A program made the translations under genes and the position numbers. Below the pieces are notes generated by a model. The model was not told the origin of the DNA and did no database searches. It worked only from the letters and a program-made list of their open reading frames with translations. From a virus (taxonomy: Duplodnaviria; Heunggongvirae; Uroviricota; Caudoviricetes), in IMG/VR virus record IMGVR_UViG_2778261451_000003: 4,536 nucleotides of DNA; one strand, given 5' to 3'. This document shows positions 1 to 4,536 of the stretch, piece by piece (the stretch's first letter is position 1; every line of letters begins with the position of its first letter).

Positions 1-181
1 CAGCGAGTAGGTATATGGGATAATCGCGGATTCAGGTGCTGGTACTGAATTCACCGGGAGGCACCCGGCACCATGCACTTCAATAGATTCTCTCCACATT
101 ATGGATATTCTTTCAGAATATCCCACGCAGACTTTGTGTAAATGTTAACAAATGTGCGTTTTATTTGATCTGATTCGCTGT

Positions 182-211
182 TTGAGCGTCCAAAACAACG
201 GTATATATAAT
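182..211 (+). promoter_or_regulatory. Candidate sigma70 promoter for the first lipoprotein gene: -35 TTGAGC (182-187), 18-nt spacer, consensus -10 TATAAT (206-211)
   Basis: Motifs read directly; the -10 is a perfect TATAAT inside a TATATATAAT run, about 30 nt upstream of the ATG at 241, with a GAGGA ribosome-binding site at 233-237. Not experimentally supported. Confidence 0.4.
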
Positions 212-240
212 CCTTTACTATATGACATATGTGAGGAAAA

Positions 241-669
241 ATGGGTTTTCGTAGCGCATCAATTCTTACGTTGATTATTAGTGGGATTATTATCGGGTGC
301 ACTGATGCTGTATCGACAAATTATCATGACCGTACATCATATTACTCCGATAAAGCAATAGAGACACAGTATGTGAGTTCATCTGAACGTACTTCTGATG
401 TTAGTGAGGATATCCGTCTGTATGCCCATCAAATCAAGAGCGCCATCGAAAAACAGTTCGGGGATGCGAGTAAGTATTCAGGAAAAGAGTGTACACTGAG
501 AATGCATATGGCCCCGAATGGCCTTCTACTGGAGGTTAAAAGAGAAAGTGGAGACCTCGATTTATATCGTGAAGCGATGAATGCGATAAAGAATGCTGAT
601 ATACCTGCCCCCCCTTCGCCGGAAGTATATAAAGTATTTCAAAATGGGGTGCTGGATTTTAAACCCTGA
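241..669 (+). CDS. Outer-membrane lipoprotein with a TolA C-terminal domain III-like domain (142 aa)
   Basis: Six-frame ORF with GAGGA ribosome-binding site. N-terminus MGFRSASILTLIISGIIIGC has a positive n-region, hydrophobic core and lipobox IIGC; Cys at 298-300 is followed by Thr, not Asp, which under the +2 sorting rule predicts outer-membrane sorting. The C-terminus YAHQIKSAIEKQFGDASKYSGKECTLRMHMAPNGLLLEVK...IPAPPSPEVYKVFQNGVLDFKP aligns by eye with the recalled E. coli TolA C-terminus (YAGQIKSAIESKFYDASSYAGKTCTLRIKLAPDGMLLDIK...IPKPPSQAVYEVFKNAPLDFKP), including the terminal LDFKP. Confidence 0.8.
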   Translation: MGFRSASILTLIISGIIIGCTDAVSTNYHDRTSYYSDKAIETQYVSSSERTSDVSEDIRLYAHQIKSAIEKQFGDASKYSGKECTLRMHMAPNGLLLEVKRESGDLDLYREAMNAIKNADIPAPPSPEVYKVFQNGVLDFKP

Positions 670-819
670 TATTTATTGTTTTGTAATAAACGGTTTCGGC
701 TTAGGTTTGTTCTGACACAACTACGGCACTGAGCTAAATTTAGCGGATAGTCAGCTCTGAGCCAGTGGCGGACGTAACAACTACTATTGCTGAGATTTTA
801 ATGGATTGAGGAGCAAGAA

Positions 820-1215
820 GTGGGATTAAAGAAAATCGTTATGTTGACTTTTTGGGTCGGTTTTGTTGCGGGATGCACACCTTTACACCCTTCAGATTGC
901 CACAAAACTACTGCTACAGGTAGTTGCAGTTCAGGACGCTGGGATGATCAGGATGAATGGGGGGCGCAAGCGCGGGGAATCAGAGCTGCAATTAATGCCA
1001 AACTTGATGAGCCGCATAACTGGAAAGGGAAAAAATGCAGGTTGCATATGGAATTCTCTCAGGATGGCACGGCGTTAAAAATATCTACCAGTAACGGTGA
1101 TAAAGCCTATTGCGAAGCGATAAAGTCCGCAGCTCATAAAGCCAAATTTCCGGCCTTCAACAATCCGGAAGTCTACAGAGATTTTCAGAAATCTGGCTTT
1201 GACATGCGAGGTTAG
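820..1215 (+). CDS. Second, divergent TolA domain III-like outer-membrane lipoprotein, paralog of 241-669 (131 aa, GTG start)
   Basis: GAGGAG ribosome-binding site at 807-812, 7 nt before GTG 820. N-terminus MGLKKIVMLTFWVGFVAGC has lipobox VAGC (Cys at 874-876, +2 Thr). C-terminus KKCRLHMEFSQDGTALKISTSNGDKAYCEAIKSAAHKAKFPAFNNPEVYRDFQ parallels the KECTLRMHMAPNG...PEVYKVFQ block of ORF 241-669 and the TolA domain III CTLRIKL...ALCQAAL...VYEVF pattern. Confidence 0.75.
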   Translation: MGLKKIVMLTFWVGFVAGCTPLHPSDCHKTTATGSCSSGRWDDQDEWGAQARGIRAAINAKLDEPHNWKGKKCRLHMEFSQDGTALKISTSNGDKAYCEAIKSAAHKAKFPAFNNPEVYRDFQKSGFDMRG

Positions 1216-1340
1216 CTCTTCAATTACTATATCTCATTCATAGCAAACTGACAGATTTGATGATGTTCTATATACGAAACCTGTGATGTCAAGTCTGAGC
1301 TAATACAAATAAACATAATATCAGAGAAATACATTTTATT

Positions 1341-1364
1341 AGCTCGCTACGGCGAGCTTTTTAT
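1341..1364 (+). terminator. Intrinsic terminator closing the lipoprotein cassette: stem AGCTCGC (1341-1347), loop TACG, stem GCGAGCT (1352-1358), then T-run
   Basis: Perfect 7-bp GC-rich stem with 4-nt loop followed by TTTTT; sits 126 nt after the second lipoprotein stop and about 100 nt before the holin start. Confidence 0.6.
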
Positions 1365-1466
1365 ATTGCATCGTCTCCAGCATATATATCAATTAAGGCT
1401 CTGATTGATGTGTCTGAAAGCCTACACATAATAACTATGCCATCCGTTCCGTGCGGAGGTGAGGCT

Positions 1467-1682
1467 ATGAAATCCATGGACAAAATTTCAACAGGCATTG
1501 CCTACGGCACCTCCGCAGGCAGTGCTGGCTACTGGTTTTTACAGTTGCTCGATAGAGTAACTCCGTCACAGTGGGCTGCAATCGGTGTGCTGGGTAGTCT
1601 GGTATTTGGCCTGCTGACGTACCTGACAAACCTTTATTTCAAGATTAAAGAAGGCAAGCGTAAGGCTGCACGGGGAGAGTAA
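1467..1682 (+). CDS. Phage-21-type pinholin (class II holin, S21-like), 71 aa, dual-start motif
   Basis: Translation [71 protein letters not shown] has two transmembrane segments and a charged C-terminus, matching the recalled S21/EssD family. Met1-Lys2-Ser3-Met4 is the classic antiholin/holin dual start. Strong ribosome-binding site GGAGGTGAGG at 1455-1464. The upstream extension of the six-frame ORF from 1410 has no ribosome-binding site and is not used. Confidence 0.9.
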   Translation: MKSMDKISTGIAYGTSAGSAGYWFLQLLDRVTPSQWAAIGVLGSLVFGLLTYLTNLYFKIKEGKRKAARGE

Positions 1683-1686
1683 TTCA

Positions 1687-2037
1687 ATGACTCAAAAATA
1701 TGAACTGATTGTGAAAGGGATCCGCAATTTTGAGAATAAAGTTACGGTAACTTTAGCGTTACGGGACAAAAAACGCTTTGACGGTGAAATTTTTGACCTG
1801 GACATCTCGCTGGACCGTGTTGAAGGTGCCGCGCTGGAGGTTTATGAGGCAGCAGCCAGAAGGAGCATCAGACAGGTCTTCCTGGATGTTGCTGCCGGGT
1901 TATGTGAAGGGGATGAGCAGTCGCCGGAAAAGCGCCCCGTAATTTTAGATGCGCAGAATGTGTGGATAACCTACAAAGGGAAGCTACCAGGAAGAATTAC
2001 TGGTTCTCTGAAGACTCCTCCAGCATCACAACCTTAA
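1687..2037 (+). CDS. DUF1327 / YdfR-like protein of unknown function, inserted between holin and endolysin (116 aa)
   Basis: ATG at 1687 lies 4 nt after the holin stop TAA (1680-1682), with ribosome-binding site GGGGAGAG at 1672-1679. No transmembrane segment. The N-terminal two-thirds (MTQKYELIVKGIRNFENKVTVTLALRDKKRFDGEIFDLD...EAAARRSIRQVF) resemble, from memory, the YdfR family that occupies the same holin-endolysin slot in the E. coli Qin prophage. The C-terminal ~40 aa could not be assessed. Confidence 0.65.
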   Translation: MTQKYELIVKGIRNFENKVTVTLALRDKKRFDGEIFDLDISLDRVEGAALEVYEAAARRSIRQVFLDVAAGLCEGDEQSPEKRPVILDAQNVWITYKGKLPGRITGSLKTPPASQP

Positions 2038-2100
2038 GTCACTGACCGGAACAGATAAACCTGTCCGTGGGCAGAAACCGATAAATCCTGATAAATATCC

Positions 2101-2634
2101 ATGAACGCAAAAATCAGATACGGCCTGTCGGCTGCCGTTCTGGCACTGATTGCCGTCGGTGCGCCCGCGCCTGATATTCTCGACCAGTTTCTGGATGAAA
2201 AAGAAGGTAACCACACAACGGCATACCGCGATGGGTCCGGCATCTGGACCATCTGTCGGGGTGCCACGATGGTGGATGGAAAACCCGTTTTTCCCGGTAT
2301 GAAACTGTCGAAGGAAAAATGCGACCAGGTCAACGCCATTGAGCGTGATAAGGCGCTGGCATGGGTGGAGCGCAATATTAAAGTACCACTGACCGAGCCA
2401 CAAAAAGCGGGTATCGCGTCATTTTGTCCCTATAACATTGGCCCCGGTAAGTGTTTTCCGTCGACGTTTTATAAGCGGCTGAATGCTGGTGATCGTAAAG
2501 GTGCATGCGAGGCGATTCGCTGGTGGATAAAAGATGGTGGGCGCGATTGCCGCATACGTTCAAATAACTGCTATGGACAGGTTATTCGTCGTGACCAGGA
2601 AAGCGCATTAGCCTGTTGGGGGATAGATCAGTGA
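2101..2634 (+). CDS. SAR endolysin (signal-anchor-release, T4-lysozyme-like muramidase, glycoside hydrolase family 24), 177 aa
   Basis: The N-terminal segment [17 protein letters not shown] is Gly/Ala-rich and weakly hydrophobic, as in SAR domains. The catalytic E-x8-D-x5-T spacing in [19 protein letters not shown] matches T4 lysozyme E11/D20/T26. Overall similarity to recalled phage 21 R and DLP12 RrrD-type lysozymes. Start has a weak ribosome-binding site. Confidence 0.9.
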   Translation: MNAKIRYGLSAAVLALIAVGAPAPDILDQFLDEKEGNHTTAYRDGSGIWTICRGATMVDGKPVFPGMKLSKEKCDQVNAIERDKALAWVERNIKVPLTEPQKAGIASFCPYNIGPGKCFPSTFYKRLNAGDRKGACEAIRWWIKDGGRDCRIRSNNCYGQVIRRDQESALACWGIDQ

Positions 2635-3098
2635 GCAGAGTCGCCGCGATTATTTATGCTCTGGTTATCTGCATCATCGTCTGCCTGTCGTGGGCGGTCA
2701 ATCATTACCGTGATAACTCCATCGCCTACAAAGAACAGCGTGATAAAAAAGTCAGTGAGCTGAAGCAGGCGACCGCCACCATTACTGACATGCAGCAACG
2801 CCAGCGTGCTGCTGATGTACTCGATGCTAAATACACGAAGGAGTTGGCTGATGCGAAAGCTGAAAATGATGCTCTTCGGCGCAAGCTTGATAATGGTGGT
2901 CGGGTGCTCGTCAAAGGAAAATGCTCTGTGCCATCCTCAGCCGAAACCTCCAGCGCCTCCGGCATGGGCAATGATGCCACCGTCGAACTCTCTCCAGTTG
3001 CTGGACGAAACGTTCTCGGTATCCGGGACGGAATCATCAGAGACCAGACAGCACTGAGAACGCTTCAGGAATATATCAGGACGCAATGCCTTCGATGA
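2631..3098 (+). CDS. Rz: Rz i-spanin (inner-membrane spanin subunit), lambda-like, 155 aa, GTG start overlapping the endolysin stop
   Basis: From GTG 2631 (GTGA overlap with endolysin stop 2632-2634) the protein begins [39 protein letters not shown]..., close to recalled lambda Rz [39 protein letters not shown].... It has an N-terminal transmembrane segment and a coiled-coil periplasmic domain. The six-frame track's TTG 2616 start is an upstream extension. Confidence 0.9.
   Translation: MSRVAAIIYALVICIIVCLSWAVNHYRDNSIAYKEQRDKKVSELKQATATITDMQQRQRAADVLDAKYTKELADAKAENDALRRKLDNGGRVLVKGKCSVPSSAETSSASGMGNDATVELSPVAGRNVLGIRDGIIRDQTALRTLQEYIRTQCLR
2851..3057 (+). CDS. Rz1: Rz1 o-spanin (outer-membrane lipoprotein spanin subunit) embedded in the +1 frame of Rz, 68 aa
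   Basis: ATG 2851 preceded by AAGGAG (2838-2843). Translation [44 protein letters not shown]... has lipobox VVGC and a Pro-rich mature region, matching recalled lambda Rz1 (MLKLKMMLCVMMLPLVVVGCTSK...KPPPPPAWIMQPPP). Lies entirely inside Rz, the classic embedded architecture. Confidence 0.8.
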   Translation: MRKLKMMLFGASLIMVVGCSSKENALCHPQPKPPAPPAWAMMPPSNSLQLLDETFSVSGTESSETRQH

Positions 3099-3272
3099 TA
3101 GCGATAATTTTACTCATCATCCTTCACATTTGGCTCTGTAGACAGGGTGGTGATCACTTCTGGAGTGAATCCAGATTAAACATCTCATTGCTGATGCTTG
3201 AAGTTGAGCATCTGGCGCGCGGTAAGGGGCTGCGTTGAAATAAGAGCCAGTCATTAAAAATACCTGGGTTTA

Positions 3273-3298
3273 GCCTCGCATTCGCGGGGCTTTTTATT
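3273..3298 (+). terminator. Intrinsic terminator for the plus-strand lysis operon: stem GCCTCGC / GCGGGGC (one G-U wobble), loop ATTC, then TTTTTATT
   Basis: 7-bp GC-rich stem at 3273-3279 / 3284-3290 followed by a T-run at 3291-3298; about 175 nt after the Rz stop. Confidence 0.55.
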
Positions 3299-3303
3299 GC
3301 CAT

Positions 3304-3333
3304 TACAAAAGCCACTCCCTACAGAGTGGCTTT
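3304..3333 (-). terminator. Hairpin GCCACTC / GAGTGGC (3311-3317 / 3324-3330, extendable by AAA/TTT), followed on the minus strand by TTTTGTAA; candidate terminator for the convergent minus-strand unit
   Basis: Perfect 7-10 bp stem with 6-nt loop. On the minus strand the 3' arm is followed by a 4-U run; on the plus strand by TTT, so it may act in both directions. Sits 45 nt after the stop of the 54-aa minus-strand ORF. Confidence 0.4.
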
Positions 3334-3379
3334 GATAATGGCTTATACCCTACACGGGATAACTTAACTGATATCCCTT

Positions 3380-3544
3380 TTAACGGATAAAGGTATTCAA
3401 GCCTGACACATCATGCGCTGTATCGTCGCCGTATTCCCGTATTAACAGAGACCGTAGCCTGACGGGGAACTCCTTCTGCGCGAGTGTGCGGGAATAATCA
3501 AAAACGATGCACACCGGGGTTACCGGGTACACATATTTCATCAT
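3380..3544 (-). CDS. Possible small ORF (54 aa, MMKYVYPVTPVCIVFDYSRTLAQKEFPVRLRSLLIREYGDDTAHDVSGLNTFIR), hypothetical
   Basis: Hand-translated from the minus strand; below the size cutoff of the supplied ORF track. No convincing ribosome-binding site. GC-richer than the adjacent gene. Sits between the YbcV-like gene and the minus-strand terminator hairpin. Could be a gene remnant. Confidence 0.2.
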   Translation of the reverse strand: MMKYVYPVTPVCIVFDYSRTLAQKEFPVRLRSLLIREYGDDTAHDVSGLNTFIR

Positions 3545-3589
3545 GCCAGCGAGTCCGGTTCTGGCGCGGAAGAAACCGGACGTTATGAT

Positions 3590-4000
3590 TTAGTGCGGAA
3601 ATATTTGTGTAGTGTTCTGAATGTTCTCAGTAAATAGTAATGAATTATCAAAGGTATAGTAATATCTTTTTTGTTCGTGGATATTTGTAACCCACCGAAA
3701 AACTCCTGCTTTAGCAAGGTTTCTTCTGTATTCCTGAAATGTGATCTCTCTGGATTTCAGCTTATTAGAGGTCGTTTCTATAAGATGCCTATCCTTTGAA
3801 AATTTGACAGACACAATGTTTTTTAGGCCCTTTAATAACACTGTATTATCATTTTTTAATACAATATGAACATTCTCTGTGGCTAAATAGTAAATGTAAT
3901 GTGAGACATTGTGACGTTTTAGCTCAGAATAAAACCAGTGATAGTTTAAATCGTTTCGAACTTTATCAAATATTTGTTTAAAAATGACTACCTGATCCAT
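3590..4000 (-). CDS. DUF1398 / YbcV-YdfO-like prophage protein (136 aa from the second ATG)
   Basis: Six-frame ORF 3590-4015. The second in-frame ATG (3998-4000) is preceded by GAAGG at appropriate spacing, whereas the first ATG (4013-4015) has no ribosome-binding site, so 136 aa is preferred. Markedly AT-rich coding sequence. Resembles from memory the YbcV/YdfO family of lambdoid prophage accessory genes in E. coli K-12 (DLP12, Qin); the family assignment was not verified. Confidence 0.65.
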   Translation of the reverse strand: MDQVVIFKQIFDKVRNDLNYHWFYSELKRHNVSHYIYYLATENVHIVLKNDNTVLLKGLKNIVSVKFSKDRHLIETTSNKLKSREITFQEYRRNLAKAGVFRWVTNIHEQKRYYYTFDNSLLFTENIQNTTQIFPH

Positions 4001-4057
4001 AGATAAACCTTCCATGTGATATGAGGGGGCGTAGTCTGCACGATTATCTAAATTGCT

Positions 4058-4291
4058 TCAATCTGGTCTGACCTGCTTTCTGAGCAATTCAGTAATGTCA
4101 CTCTTTTCTTTGTTTGCTTCAGGCGAAACTCTTTTTTCTGAGCACAGTCTCCGGCGGCAGGCTTCAATGACCCAGGCTGAGAAATTCCCGGACCCTTTTT
4201 GATCAAGAGCGATGTTAATTTGTTCAATCATTTGGTTAGGAAAGCGGATGTTGCGGGTTGTTGTTCTGCGGGTTCTGTTCTTCGTTGACAT
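4058..4291 (-). CDS. Small ribbon-helix-helix (Arc/MetJ-like) DNA-binding protein, possibly YlcI/YnfO-like (77 aa)
   Basis: N-terminal basic tail (KNRTRRTTTRN) followed by IRFPNQMIEQINIALDQKGSGNFSAWVIEACRRRL, i.e. beta-strand then two helices as in Arc and CopG-type repressors. First gene of the minus-strand unit, immediately inside cos. Weak ribosome-binding site. Confidence 0.55.
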   Translation of the reverse strand: MSTKNRTRRTTTRNIRFPNQMIEQINIALDQKGSGNFSAWVIEACRRRLCSEKRVSPEANKEKSDITELLRKQVRPD

Positions 4292-4439
4292 GAGGTTGCC
4301 CTGTATTCAGTGTCGCTGATTTGTATTGTCTGAAGTTGTTTTTACGTTAAGTTGATGCAGATCAATTAATACGATACCTGCGTCATAATTGATTATTTGA
4401 CGTGGTTTGATGGCCTCCACGCACGTTGCGATATGTAGA

Positions 4440-4536
4440 TGATAATCATTATCACTTTACGGGTCCTTTCCGGCGATCCGACAGGTTACGGGGCGGCGAC
4501 CTCGCGGGTTTTCGCTATTTATGAAAATTTTCCGGT
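4440..4536 (+). other. cos: Lambda-type cos site: cosN with 12-nt cohesive end GGGCGGCGACCT at 4491-4502, cosQ-side sequence upstream, start of cosB-side sequence downstream (truncated by window end)
   Basis: 4441-4490 (GATAATCATTATCACTTTACGGGTCCTTTCCGGCGATCCGACAGGTTACG) matches the recalled right end of phage lambda with about one mismatch. 4491-4536 (GGGCGGCGACCTCGCGGGTTTTCGCTATTTATGAAAATTTTCCGGT) matches the recalled first 46 nt of the lambda left end. Confidence 0.85.

Noticed and set aside
1-98. Possible 3' end of an upstream gene (frame-1 stop at 46-48) and a short hairpin CCGGG-AGGCA-CCCGG at 54-68, considered as Q gene end or tR' late terminator
   Set aside because: The 15-codon fragment is too short to recognise and the hairpin has no following T-run; cannot be supported without upstream sequence.
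99-302. Minus-strand 67-aa ORF overlapping the promoter region and 5' end of the first lipoprotein gene
   Set aside because: Antisense to a well-supported promoter and start region, no ribosome-binding site, low-complexity translation; most likely a chance open frame in AT-rich DNA.
863-1078. Plus-strand 71-aa ORF in an alternative frame inside the second lipoprotein gene
   Set aside because: Fully nested in a different frame of a gene with clear signal-peptide and domain evidence; no independent support.
241-1215. Shiga toxin or other classical toxin genes, since the Q-S slot is where stx resides in Stx phages
   Set aside because: Neither ORF resembles StxA (~315 aa) or StxB (~89 aa with a Sec signal); both are lipoproteins with a TolA-III-like domain.
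1410-1466. N-terminal extension of the holin ORF ([19 protein letters not shown]...)
   Set aside because: The extension has no ribosome-binding site and would bury the GGAGGTGAGG site inside coding sequence; the conserved pinholin dual-start begins at 1467.
2026-2563. Three minus-strand ORFs (2026-2403, 2034-2375, 2378-2563) antisense to the endolysin gene
   Set aside because: They overlap each other and a strongly supported plus-strand endolysin; typical shadow ORFs in GC-richer coding sequence.
2616-2630. TTG start at 2616 for Rz given by the six-frame track
   Set aside because: GTG at 2631 gives the N-terminus MSRV... matching lambda Rz and the typical GTGA stop/start overlap; the TTG extension adds five non-conserved residues.
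2726-3037. Minus-strand 103-aa ORF antisense to Rz/Rz1
   Set aside because: Antisense shadow ORF with Ser/Ala/Arg-rich low-complexity translation inside two well-supported genes.
3201-3255. Minus-strand ~45-aa frame (MTGSYFNAAPYRAPDAQLQ...) between Rz and the plus-strand terminator
   Set aside because: No ribosome-binding site, overlaps the better-supported coupled plus-strand mini-ORF, not Bor-like; probably fortuitous.
3099-3590. bor (serum-resistance lipoprotein) expected downstream of Rz on the minus strand, as in lambda
   Set aside because: Hand translation of both strands gave no lipoprotein-like ORF resembling Bor (MKKMLLATALALLITGC...); only short frames of 45-54 aa without a lipobox.
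4013-4015. First ATG as start of the YbcV-like gene (141-aa version)
   Set aside because: No ribosome-binding site upstream, whereas the second ATG at 3998-4000 has a GAAGG site at correct spacing; 136 aa preferred.

Overview
This window reads as the right-hand end of a lambda-like (lambdoid) enterobacterial prophage or phage genome, in lambda orientation. From 5' to 3': (i) a self-contained accessory cassette of two tandem, paralogous lipoproteins whose C-terminal ~85 aa closely resemble TolA C-terminal domain III, with its own candidate sigma70 promoter and a strong intrinsic terminator; (ii) a lysis cassette of phage-21 type: dual-start pinholin, an inserted DUF1327/YdfR-like gene, a SAR (signal-anchor-release) endolysin, and lambda-like Rz with embedded Rz1; (iii) back-to-back terminator hairpins; (iv) a convergent, AT-rich minus-strand unit (small ribbon-helix-helix protein, DUF1398/YbcV-like protein, possible 54-aa ORF); (v) the cos site, with the lambda 12-nt cohesive end GGGCGGCGACCT at 4491-4502. 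The strongest candidate for an undescribed system is the TolA-domain-III-mimic lipoprotein pair, positioned in the Q-S accessory slot where lambdoid phages carry lysogenic-conversion cargo such as stx. All homology statements come from reading the translations and recalling known protein sequences (E. coli TolA, phage 21 S/R, lambda Rz/Rz1, lambda cos); no database search was run. No tRNA, rRNA, CRISPR array or insertion-sequence element was seen.
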